Source of the DNA: Haplodiscus bocki
Taxonomy: Eukaryota
Assembly: GCA_965655095.1 (NCBI GenBank)
Contig: OZ296650.1
Coordinates: 51,894,001-51,958,000 of the forward strand
Direction of reading: 5' to 3'
DNA: 64,000 nucleotides
Shown here: positions 36,044-47,595 of the stretch, piece by piece
Layout: each line of letters starts with the position of its first letter
How positions within the stretch are numbered: the stretch's first letter is position 1
Position numbers and translations under genes: made by a program
Notes under the pieces: model-generated
The model's input: only the letters and a program-made list of their open reading frames with translations
The model's database searches: none
What the model was told of the DNA's origin: nothing

Positions 36044-37420
36044 TGGTGCTGTTAGGAATTCTTCAATCTGTTAGAGAAGTGGCTATGCAGCTAGCTATTA
36101 CGTGATCCAATTGTATACGCACGAGGGCCAGCCCTAACAGTATCAAAAAGAGGAGTCCTAGTACACAGAATGCGAAAAGCGCAGAGAAAAACAGAGCTAC
36201 TATCGTGGCGTAGTCTCCTAGAGTCGCTTCGTGAATAACGGGGTGGGGGGTCAACGGGTCGGTTTTGGTTGAAAAGGTACAGGGGAAGTTGATTAGTATG
36301 GTTAGGGAACATTTAGATAATTTTGAAAAAGGAAAAATTTCTCTGGAAACAGGTCATTTTAATGAAGAAAAATTGGGTTATTTATGAAAGCAGTTAGAGA
36401 AAACAATCTAAAGTTAGTATTTCAGGTTATCTACAAGCTGATCGTTTAATGAAGAACTAAACTAACCGTTCTGAAGAGCAGTTCGTTTTACAAAATTCCA
36501 ATTTCCTTATTGCCCGTGCTCATTTCAATTTTCCTACCTATGGGCGTTAGCTGCCGTCTACGGTGGTTTTCGCTAGTGGAGCACAAACTAGCGTTAGCGC
36601 GGGACAAGTCCCGGGAAAGAGGTCTTAAGGCAGTTTTTGGAAAGCTACGATCACGCTAAGTTGAGAAATTTTTGCTTAATTTGCTTAAAACAATCCCACT
36701 CCTGTCACCAATTTAACAATCGTGATTTATTGGAAAATTGGCAACAAGGGCTTAGAGTTCTCATTTCTTTCAATACTTCGGATTCGAGGACGGTTGTATG
36801 TGTTAGGTACCTTTTGGGATTGTTCCAAGAGAAAAATTAATTTTGCTTTAAGACTGATTTTAACTTTTATGTTTTAACACATCACTTACATTAGTGATGA
36901 TCAGCAGAATATCAAAGTTATTCAGAGTTTTTCTTTCGTTTGTCTTCTCTTGCAAGCAGCTTCTTCTGGTTTCGTTCCAGTGTTCGTCTGATCGCTGATT
37001 TTTCTTTTTGCTTCTTGTTCTTGTTTCGAATACACTAATAATCAAGTTTAAACAGGAGTATAATTAACTGCAGAATGTTGGGGGATTTACGTTTTTAAGA
37101 TAATTTACAAGTTTATTTCAGATCTAGATTAACATGAAAGTTTACAAATTGAGGCCCGGTTATAAGTTTAGATGCGTATAAAAATCAACAAGTTAGGACT
37201 GGAATACAATGTAACTTGTTAAAATGACGGTTTATGATAAGATAGATTGCCACTTCAATTGTGGGTGTACTTGGCTAATTGAATACAAAGCTAAGACATG
37301 ATTGTTTTTAAGGAGGCCCGTTTATGGGGCTGGGTGATGAAAGATGACAATATTAATCTGAAGTGGATGACAAGTATTTGCTTGCAAAATGTTCGTGCAG
37401 GTTCATACAGGGCCGCTACA
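36044..37420 (-). repeat. 3' LTR
   Basis: Direct repeat of 46219-47595 with roughly 16 substitutions counted by eye. Preceded on the minus strand by the PPT. Confidence 0.95.
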
Positions 37421-37430
37421 ACTCCCCTCC
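37421..37430 (-). promoter_or_regulatory. polypurine tract
   Basis: GGAGGGGAGT immediately before TGTAGCGGCCC, the start of the 3' LTR. Confidence 0.85.
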
Positions 37431-37553
37431 ACGAGAAATTGCGTCCGCGCAATTGCCTTTAAGAATGGATCAAGATGTGGAGAAAAGCATGAATAATTGT
37501 GGGAATTCGCAGCGGCCTTGTTTTGTGAAATTGTCATCGGCGTCTCGAGGGGT

Positions 37554-38428
37554 TCAACGGTAGCAACGAAGGGAGGAATCCAGGAGGCGGCGAAATCCAA
37601 GATGACCACAGTGGTCATAGACTTGGCGGAGGCCGGGATGTGTCAAAACACGTTTGATGCTAGTAAGGAGGGGAACAAGACGAGAGGCAGCTACGGCGTG
37701 GTCGGTAGTGGGAGAAGTTTTATCAGGATGTAGGCAGCGCAGAAGAGTGTTGGCAAGACGAACAATGGTGGACATTTCGGCGGAAGGGTTACAGCAGAGA
37801 AAATGATAAAGGGTGTCGTCCGGGGTGGCAGGGTCGTTAAAATCGGTGGGAAGAGACAATAGATGATGTTGGATCATAGAAGCTAAGGCTTTGGTGTGGG
37901 AGCCATCCAAAGAGGTTCGGTGGGTGCGCAGGGAACTAATTTCCTCCAGATGTCGAAGGGAGTCGGCCATGAGGCCATTGTGGGTGCGGTTCTAGTCATC
38001 AAGGGAAGAACGGAATTGTTGGGATTCGGCTGTAAGATGCTCAACCTGCTTGCGGGCGGAGGCAGCAGCTAAATCTGCTTCAGTGTACATAACGTAAAAG
38101 ACTTCAGCCTCACGGCGGGCATCTTGAAGACCTTGTCCAGTTGGGTAACAGAAGAAAAGTCGGTAGTGACGGTGACCCAATCATTGAGAGCTGACTCTTT
38201 TTCCATGTCAGTTTGGATGGACGTATCCATGACGTCAGGGAGAACGGGAGGAGGCAAGGGTTCTGGGCAGAAACAGTTTGTTGTGGGGAGGTCAGCGGAG
38301 GCAAAAGATTCAGAGGTAATGGGTGGGGGCAACCAGATTTGACGGATTGAAAGCTTGAAGGGACGGTCCCGCGAATTGATTCTCTCTAGACAAAAGGAAT
38401 CAGTCTGGGGACAACTTGGTGATACCAT
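37554..38428 (-). pseudogene. accessory ORF4: Pro-rich N-terminus, coiled coil and DnaJ-type J-domain
   Basis: Fragments 38069-38428 (frameshifted), 37992-38180 and 37554-37970 (same frame, one TAG between them). J-domain-like segment TLYHFLCCNPSAEMSTIVRLANTLLRCLHPDK...IKRVLTHPGLRQVYDHCGHLG at ~37596-37814, with HPD at 37722-37730. Confidence 0.75.
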
Positions 38429-38729
38429 ATTGTATGACCTCTACTAAATAAACATGGTCACCAACTGCGACAGGGTGGATGCGTTATATATATATATATA
38501 CTGTTATATACTGGTATATATATATAAAACATGGATGCGTGCCGGTTATTTATATAACATACGCGGAAGAGGTTACAAGTCAAGTAGTAGATTCAGAGTA
38601 CAGAGGGACAGTAACAGTAGGATATACACTAGTGAGGGGGGGGGGGGGTTAGGGTGAGAGTAGTTAGTAGGAGGATGAGTGGGTAAGGCGGCAGCCGGAG
38701 GGTTGGGTGAGACTACGGGTGGGGTCTGG

Positions 38730-40974
38730 TCACGGAGAGTTGCATGGGCGAGAGCCTGCAAGGCCTGAAACTCTTGCACCGAAAGGTACAAGAAAAGAGT
38801 CTGTGTGAGGGCAAGTCGAGTGGGCATCCACGATGTGCAGGAACTTGCCAGAAGTACCGCGGGAAAACCGCTGAGGGTGTGCAAAGAGACGTTTCGATTG
38901 GCGACGGAAGAGAGTAAAACTGTTACTGAATGTCAGGAGAGAGATGGTAATGGAGACGACGGAGAAACAGATAGCTGTACGGGTGGGGAGATAAGAGGAT
39001 AAGGCGGCAGAAGTCGCCGGAGAGACGGAGGAATAATACTGAGCGATGGGTGGCGTGAGCTCAGCAAGGGATTCGCTGGACATCGTTTTAACATTAGGCA
39101 GTTCGGCCAATTCCAAACGAACGCTGCCAAGGACGGAATGACGGGCTTCCGTCACGGAGTATGTGTGAAAGTTACTGGTGGTGCGGGGAACATGCTGAAA
39201 GATCTGATCCAGAGAAGGAGTAAGCTGTATTTTGGCCAAGAAGGGTTCGGGTTTCGTTTTGCAAAAATCGAGGTCGGGGCGAAGTTCCAAATCACCTTGA
39301 TTGAAAGAGGGGGTGCTACTGCAGCTAGGGCGGATCAAGCAGGCGTTGCAAGATAAAGTAGAAATAGAAAAGTCAGAGCCACTGTCATTCTTCATCTGTA
39401 TGTGAGGGTTACGAGAGATAATATGATATAAACCATCAGCCAAGTAAAAAGCTTGGGGAGCGTCAGGCAGAAGGACAGATTCTACTTTGCAGTTACCAAT
39501 AGCGGGTATATCGTATAGTATAGAGAAGGTAAACAAAGCAAGGTTTCGTCTGTAGGGGTTGAAAAACGTTGACGATAGAGTTTAACGCGGTTATTACAAG
39601 AACATTGCTGAAGGCTGGCGGCATCGAGCTCAGCAAAACGGGAATTGTCAGTTGAAATGGCTAGAAGAGTGTTGGGGAAGTGATACAAGGAAGCGGTATC
39701 TCCATCATCGTTAGGTTGGTACAAGGGAATGGGCGATAGACGTTGAAGGGTCTTCTCGGAATTCATCGGAACGCCAAGGACAACGGAAGTACCTTTGGGG
39801 AGAAGGGAAACTTCTAAAACCATCTGGATTTCATAGTAAATGGCTTCCTGGCCCACATGGATTGCAGGCGAGAGTTTGGTGCCTCGGAGAATCTCGTCAT
39901 GGGCAAGCTCATTGACAATGGAGGCCAGTTGGGACGGGAAGAGGAATTAAGGACTGACATACCCAGCGGCCATAGACGAAATCGTGAAGTAGAGCGCAAT
40001 CTGGTAGGCGTAAAAAGCGGCTCTGTAAGATTTAATATGTGCGTACAAGGTTCCCAAATGATCAATATAATCCCGAATTTGTTGGAAGAAAGACATTCTG
40101 TGTATAAGTTGCCGATTACAAACCGGAAGGTTGGCTATCACACCTTTGATTTCCATTAATTTTTTCCAGGCCTGTAACTGTGTGCCGACGAGTTTTGTTA
40201 TTTTGACCACACTGTCTTTTGTGTCTGTGATTTCGTGATCAAGCAAGAAAAAATTTTCATCGTTTTTTGTTTGAACGCGTTGCAGAACATCTTGAAACTG
40301 ATTTTGAGTGGCTAAAATTCCGTCAATGTCGTGTTGCAAGTCTGTAGTATCCGTACAAAGGTTAAAAATAGAGAGCGCTGAACATGCAGCCTCCTTGACC
40401 GGGTCACCTAGAGCCAGTCCCGCGGCTCCCGCAGCCGCTGTAATGAGTCCAATTGCTCGTTTGCTTCGTCATGGCGCTTCATGCGGGTGAATCGATGGCG
40501 GTAAGAAAGAAGAAGCCATCGTCACCAAATTTTGTTGATCAGTCTGTGCAGCATGAATTTCGTTTTCCAATATTTTCAAGGCGATTTGTTTTCGAGGCGA
40601 TTAAACAAGTTGGCATATAACTGTTCCATATCTGCGGTGTTGCATATCTTAACCGAGTGCATGCCTGCGAGGGTATCGGAGTGTCCACGTTGTTGAAGGA
40701 TTGTTTACGCGTTGGTCAAGTTAATATCAGGGATCCTTGGGAACGGTGAGAACACATGAACCATACTCTCACTTTCCGGTGTCACGGCTTGAAATTGAAA
40801 GACAAAAGCAGGACCCTTCTTGAAAACAGGGTCGTCCAATGAATCGCTCAAATGTGTTGTGAACTGTACCGCAGCAGAGACGTTGAGAAGTAGTATTAGA
40901 AACGGAAGAAAAATAAAGAAAGGGGCTGTTGACGTCATAAGGCTGGGGTGTCCCCTAAATAAAGAGAAGACCAT
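38730..40974 (-). pseudogene. env: env, class I fusion glycoprotein-like, fragmented
   Basis: Signal peptide FFIFLPFLILLLNVSA. RSKR (40457-40468) followed by fusion-peptide-like AIGLITAAAGAAGLALG. Heptad region (39947-40339), Cys-rich ectodomain, and TM segment TAICFSVVSITISLLTF. Confidence 0.8.
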
Positions 40975-41339
40975 TCAATCATTCAGCATTGGTTGATTGG
41001 CGGAGACAGACGGTTAGTGCAGGTTATAGAAATCAAAACGGCTTGGCTTTCGGCAACTTCCGAGGAGAAAGGAAGTCCGTGAGATCGCGAGGTATGCGAG
41101 AGCGGAAAAGAGGCTGTGCTTTTCGTTGAGGCACGGCGCTAGGTCGGAGGGTACGTTTGGTGGAGGAACTGCGGCTGTGTAGCTCGCGAGCAGCGCAGTG
41201 CACAATATTGTCGACCGGGGAAATAGGAGATCTCGCAGGCGTGGACTCAGTGAGCGGAAATGTCATGGGTTGGGCGGAAGGAGTCAGATCACCACGAGGG
41301 GGGGGAGGGAAGGGATGGATTAGAGCTAGACGTGAAATC

Positions 41340-43042
41340 TTAGGGAAGTGTTGAGGCATTTACACTCGCTGAAATGGGTGGTGTGACAAGGGAATCAACG
41401 GTGACGTTTCGGGGAGTGGTGTTGTCTGTAGGGGTCGGAAGTGGGGTGGCTGAACCACGGCGAGGGAGCAAAGAGAGTAGGAGGAGGTAAAAACAGACAA
41501 CGCAGTCATCTTGGTTGGCGGGCTTCGAGGAGGGACGTGATGTCGTCTGGTGAGCAGGTTCAGGAGCGGATTGTCGTGCAGGTATTGGCTGTGAGAGAGG
41601 CGGAGTTCCATGGTGTCGTTTGAGGCGATCATAATGAACAATTTGCTGGTTGCCCGTGGAGAGCTCCTCAATTTTGTAGTTAACGTGATTGACACACTTC
41701 AAAAGGCGGTAAGGGCCGCGTCAGGGGCTGGATAGTTTCAAACTCTGGCCAGTAACAGTGACGTCGTAGTGAAGGAGGACAAAATCGTCCTCTCTGTATG
41801 TGGGCCCGTGGACTTTCCTGTTGTAAAGAGCGTTGCGACGGCGTTGTTGAGCTGTAGTATTTCGCCGAACTAGTTCGAAAGCTTGGTGAAATTTCTGTTG
41901 TTGTGTCATCACATATTCATTGATGTTAGTGGTAACGTTGCCTTCGGGAGGCGGATACACCAAGTCAAGAGGAAGCAAACCTCATGTCCAAGGACAAGTC
42001 GGTTCGGAGTGAAGCCGGTTGATTCGTGTACCGAGGACCGGTAGGCCATTAGGACGAAGGGAAGGAAATAAGACCAGTTAGCCTGTTGTTTATCGATACT
42101 TTTGGTGAGCATATTCAGTAGTGTGCGGTTCATGCGTTCAATGACGGAGTTAGACTGTGTGCGGGAAGAAGTAGTCCGTGTCTTATTGACTTCTAACAAA
42201 GTCATAAGTTGCTGGATCAAGGCTGATTCAAAATTACGGCCTTGGTCCGTGTGAATGCTGTTTGGGCATCCAAAACGGCAAATCCAGTGTTCAAGTAGCG
42301 CATTAGCAGTAGTGGAAGCTTGCTGGTCCGGCAGAAGTATAGCCTCGTACCATTTAGTGAAATGGTCGCCAATCACTAGAATAAAGCGGTTGCCGTTAGA
42401 AACCGGAAGTGCACCAAGAAAGTCGAGACCAATGTGATGGAAAGGGTAGCTGAGCTTCCAGTCAACTAAAGAATGGCGGTGGGTCTTTGGGAGTCCAGGC
42501 TTCTTTTGACAGATATCACAACATTGGACGAATTGCTTGACGTCATCCTTAAATCCGGGCCTATAGAATCGTTGACGCATTTTTTCAATGACTTTTTGCG
42601 TTCCCAAATGACCAGCTGTTTTAGAACTGTGCAAAGCCGTCAAAACTTCTGGTACCATGGACCGCGGAACGATCCGTTGCAAGTAGGGCAAATTTCCGTC
42701 AAGTGGTTCAAACTTCCGACAAAGCACGTTGTTTTTGATGTGGAGACTAGATACTTGGTTGAACATTTGCCATTCTAAACGAGGAAGTCCTTCCAGTTCA
42801 TCATTTTTGGGTACACGTTTGCTTCGAATCCATGTCCAAACCTGGTGGAAGCTTTCGTCAGCTTCCTGTGCTTTTGCCAAAGCGTTGTCATTGAAATCGG
42901 AGTTAAAGTCGTTTTCCGTATGGTCTACTGAAGCTTTCAAGAAAACGGTAATTTGAACAGGGGAAATGCGAAAAACTTCCCGAATCAGTTGGCGTACTTG
43001 CTCCCATTCGAGTTTGTCGAGACCAGATCCGTTACACGGCAA
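41340..43042 (-). pseudogene. pol: Gypsy integrase (HHCC, DDE, GPY/F), C-terminus frameshifted
   Basis: LHSSKTAGHLG...CDIC; IGLDFLG, IHTDQGRNF, VIERMNRTL; RGPY and VHYDRLK downstream. Confidence 0.95.
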
Positions 43043-43224
43043 ACTAATTTTGCGAACGTGATGCCGTTCGGCGTGCGATCACATTCTTTCCAGGGAGGCG
43101 CGCAAGGTTCCGTAAGTTGGTTTCTGATAGAACTTCTGTTTTGTGACGAGATGGTAAATGTATCGTTTGGATTCAGGCAAACATTGGGGTCAAACAGGGT
43201 TCGTGATGTGATTCAACCCAGCTG

Positions 43225-44238
43225 GCCAAAAAAACATCAAGTTTTGACTGCAAATCTTCTTTATAGTGCAATGGCATTCGGCGATTAGGAATTTTGATCG
43301 GTTTCGACCCAGGGTGTACTTCAATTGTGACTGGCAGCGTCACACTGATCTAAGTCCCATTCTGAGGACGAAAAAACGTGCCTGACTTCGTTGGCAAGTG
43401 CGGCAATTTGTTGATGGTGTCGTCGGTGAATAGTTGGATCAACTGACGTGATTACCGTCTCCAAGTCATTTTTCGAGGAGCCTGTTTGCGTTGGTACCGA
43501 TCCTGCAGCTGGATGTGCGCTGGAAGCTAACAGTGGGCGGCTAACATTGTTGATAACATCGTCCGATACAAGTTCGGACAACCCAAGAGTTGTGTTCTTG
43601 TAAATTGTAACGTCTGAGTCCGTTGTTAGTCAAAATGACAGGGATCGTCTCGTCGGAAAAATCGAAAAGTATGTTGGGAGCTGAGATGTCGTCACTCATA
43701 GTGAATTTCTCCAAAGGTTCAAAAACAGCATCTAGATGGATAGGTGGTCTCTTCCAATTTGGGATGTGTGCTGGAAGATTTGATGCGTGGCCTGCTGGTA
43801 CGTTAATGGTTTCGGTCGCAACGACTCGAAAAATAGCATTGTGGTGAATTTCAAAATTTTTGTGATAGAGAGGGACAGAATGGGTTGAGTCCAGTTTTAA
43901 CTCCATTCGTGAAAACAAGGGGTCGCATTTATGGCGTTCTAAGAAATCCATACCTAAAAGGCAGTCAGCTTCTGATTTTTCAAAACTCGAAACTCGTGAT
44001 GGAATAATTTGTTCCCCACTTATACTGGGACTCTGATGATGCCTTTCACATCAATCGGCAGCCCATTTGCCCTTCTCAGGCTTCTAGTGCAGGTTTCCAA
44101 TGTTATTTGATAAGTTTTCTTAAGTTCGTTGTAAATCTCAGAGCTCAGACAAGATACACTTGCTCCACAATCGCACACTGCTTCCAACATTTTGTCCAAG
44201 ATTTTCAATTGTACAAAGACACTGCGCGAATCGACCAC
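43225..44238 (-). pseudogene. pol: aspartic protease, spacer and the first residues of RT
   Basis: AVCDCGASVSCL (D-S/T-G-like), CLLGMDFL, then PIKIPNRRMPLHYKEDLQSKLD, after which RT is absent. Confidence 0.85.
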
Positions 44239-44314
44239 CGAGTTTAATCCAAAGGTTCGTTGTGGGCCTTTTTTGTGTTAAAGTCTGCGCGACGACCCTT
44301 TTGCGTAGACTGTG

Positions 44315-45710
44315 TTAGTTTTCCTGGTTGGATCGTGGCATACGACAATCTTTTTGGAAATGTCCAACGCGTAGGCAATTAAAACAAGCTTGACACTCGT
44401 GAGAAGCATGGTTTTTTCGCTTACAATGTCTACATTCTTGAGTTTGCGGTTGGGATCTGGGAGGTGTTTTGTTGCGATTGTAATTCATTGGCTGGGTATT
44501 TCCGGCAGTCATGTTTATTGTATTATAGCGCACGGGTGGATTGTGTCTATGAAGTGGTTGATTGTTGTTTGTGCGTCCACGGTCCTCTCCGAATCGAACC
44601 GACCGGGTTTTGAAACCATTCTGTCTGTCGTACGAGGTGCTTCGGCCATTAGGGCGGCTTGCCCTGTTTTCTGTTCTGTCTCTTGAATTACTTCTGTTGT
44701 CATACCTGTTGGATCTCCGTTGGTCGTTTCTTGTTTCAAAATTTTGTCGATAATGTTTCTGTTCATAGGAACTGTTCATAGTTCATAATGTTCTTTTCCA
44801 ATTTTGGTCACTAGTGCGATACTGATTCCGACCTCTTTCAGGCCAGATATGTCTTCTGTGGATTGATGATTCCAATTCATCAATTTCGTTTCTGAGACTT
44901 TTATCGAGTTCGTCCATAGGGTCCGGTTGCGAAATGTTGGCTGCGATTGAATTAACGCGGCTCGGGAACGAGGAACTGGTCGGAGCATTATTCTGGCGCT
45001 CCAAAGCAAGAAAGGAGTCTAATTCAATGGCCAGGGTCAGCGCTTCATCGGCTGTCGATGGCTTCGTCTTTCTCATTTCCCATCTGAGAGTGGAACTTTG
45101 CAATCTCTCAATGAAACTGGTAAGGACGATTTGGTCTATCAAATGTCGATGGGCACGGTATGCTCGGCGCGCCAAAGATCGAATATCACAAAGGATAGTT
45201 GCTATGTCTTGACTTGGTTGCTGTTTCGCAGCTTTTAATCGTGCTTTCAAAATGTCCACATTTGTTGTGTAATTTTGTCTGAAAGCGTCTACAAGGTCAA
45301 ATTCGTTTTGTTGGTGGGGTGACAATGGTATAAAAATGAAGTGCGTTATCCCTTAATCGAAGTGCAAAATATTGGGGACGATTGTCGTGTCGGTAGGAGT
45401 GCCATCCCGAGAGCATTGCTGCAGTGTTAAACTGTTGGAGATAATCTTCAAAGTCTCCTGATCCAGTAAATGAGTCAGGCATCAAGCATGACAGAAGGGT
45501 ACTGGGAAGGTTCAAGTAGAAACCACCAGGTCCCCTCTGAGCCGTTGGGACTGCTCCATTGCCCGACAGTGTTGAAAAATGAGGTCCGGCCGAAGCGGAT
45601 CCACCTGCTCCTTGTCGCGCATCAACTCCCGGGGTTGAATGAGGGTCATTTGAGTTTGTTATTCGAGATCTCCTCGACGCGTCTGCATCTTTCTTCAAAT
45701 TCGTTGACAT
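44315..45710 (-). pseudogene. gag: gag with two CCHC zinc knuckles, frameshifted
   Basis: PDSFTGSGDFEDYLQQF capsid-like start; CRHCKRKNHASHEC and CFNCLRVGHFQKDC. Ends G GAA AAC TAA, a possible -1 slip site. Confidence 0.9.
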
Positions 45711-46218
45711 CGAGGTTATTTACTTCTTCCAATTCAGTCATTATGATTAGCAGTCGGCGTTATCGTTATTAGTGTTAGAAAGGTGCGAATTCAAAGGACT
45801 GGTCTAAATTGTTGTTCAAATTTCAGTTTTCTCACTTTTGAGGTTCAGATTTGTCAATTATGCTCCTGTAAGTTGCAAGTTTTCTACCCACTTTCTAGCT
45901 AATCGAAAATAAAACAGTGTTTTGGGATGCACTCTCGATAATTGTTTTCTACTTGAAAGCTTTGGGATAGCAGCGTTAGTACTATGTTCGGTATCGTGGA
46001 TTTGCAGCAGAGTTAAGTAGAGTAATGACAATTGAGGTGACGATTGACAGGCAGAATATTTCTCTAAATGTTGAAAGAGTCCGAATGATTCGACTCGACA
46101 GAAGAAACACGGGTATTGGATGGGGGTATGCTAAGAATTTGGCTTCTGATTTGAAAACGAAAGAATGCATTGAATGTTGGGATCAAAAAAAAGAAAAAAA
46201 ACCAGTCGACTTCCACTA

Positions 46219-47595
46219 TGGTGCTGTTAGGAATTCTTCAATCTGTTAGAGAAGTGGCTATGCAGCTAGCTATTACGTGATCCAATTGTATACGCACGAG
46301 GGCCAGCCCTAACACTATCAAAAAGAGGAGTCCTAGTACACAGAATGCGAAAAGCGCAGAGAAAAACAGAGCTACTATCGTGGCGTAGTCTCCTAGAGTC
46401 GCTTCGTGAATAACGGGGTGGGGGGTCAACGGGTCGGTTTTGGTTGAAAAGGTACAGGGGAAGTTGATTAGTATGGTTAGGGAACATTTAGATAATTTTG
46501 AAAAAGGAAAAATTTCTCTGGAAACAGGTCATTTTAATGAAGAAAAATTGGGTTATTTATGAAAGCAGTTAGAGAAAACAATCTAAAGTTAGTATTTCAG
46601 GTTATCTACAAGCTGATCGTTTAATGAAGAACTAAACTAACCGTTCTGAAGAGCAGTTCGTTTTACAAAATTCCAATTTCCTTATTGCCCGTGCTCATTT
46701 CAATTTTCCTACCTATGGGCGTTAGCTGCCGTCTACGGTGGTTTTCGCTAGTGGAGCACAAACTAGAGTTAGCGCGGGACAAGTCCCGGGAAAGAGGTCT
46801 TAAGGCAGTTTTTGGAAAGCTACGATCACGCTAAGTTGAGAAATTTTTGCTTAATTTGCTTAAAACAATCCCACTCCTGTCACCAATTTAACAATCGTGA
46901 TTTATTGGAAAATTGGCAACAAGGGCTTAGAGTTCTCATTTCTTTCAATACTTCGGGTTCGAGGACGGTTGTATGTGTTAGGTACCTTTTGGGATTGTTC
47001 CAAGAGAAAAATTAATTTTGCTTTAAGACTGATTTTAACTTTTATGTTTTAACACATCACTTACATTAGTGATGATCAGCAGAATATCAAAGTTATTCAG
47101 AGTTTTTCTTTCTTTTGTCTTCTCTTGCAAGCAGCTTCTTCTGGTTTCGTTCCAGTGTTCGTCTGATCGCTGATTTTTCTTTTTGCTTCTTGTTCTTGTT
47201 TCCAATACACGAATAATCAAGTTTAAACAGGAGTATAATTAACTGCAGAATGTTGGGGGATTTACGTTTTTAAGATAATTTACAAGTTTATTTCAGATCT
47301 AGATTAACATGAAAGTTTACAAATTGAGGCCCGGTTATAAGTTTAGATGCGTATAAAAATCAACAAGTTAGGACTGGAATACAATGTAACTTGTTAAAAT
47401 GACGGTTTATGATAAGATAGATTGTCACTTCAAGTTTGGGTTTACTTGGCTAATTGAATACAAAGCTAAGAGGTAATTGTTTTAAAGGAGGCCTGTTTAT
47501 GGGGCTGGGTGATGAAAGATGACAAGATTAATCTGAAGTGGATGACAAGTATTTGCTTGCAAAATGTTCGTGCAGGTTCATACAGGGCCGCTACA
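46219..47595 (-). repeat. 5' LTR
   Basis: 1377-bp direct repeat of 36044-37420. Followed on the minus strand by TAG-TGGAAGTCGACTGG at the PBS position. Confidence 0.95.

Larger units (their letters stand above)
36044..47595 (-). mobile_element. env-bearing Ty3/Gypsy provirus, non-autonomous (RT/RNase H deleted), with an extra J-domain ORF
   Basis: Two 1377-bp LTRs (TGT...CA on the minus strand), PPT, gag with CCHC knuckles, protease, integrase, env and ORF4. Confidence 0.95.

Noticed and set aside
36063-36254. Hydrophobic 63-aa ORF in both LTRs, resembling a small membrane protein
   Set aside because: It has a non-ATG start and T-rich composition, and it is duplicated only because the LTR is duplicated. 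No evidence of coding constraint.
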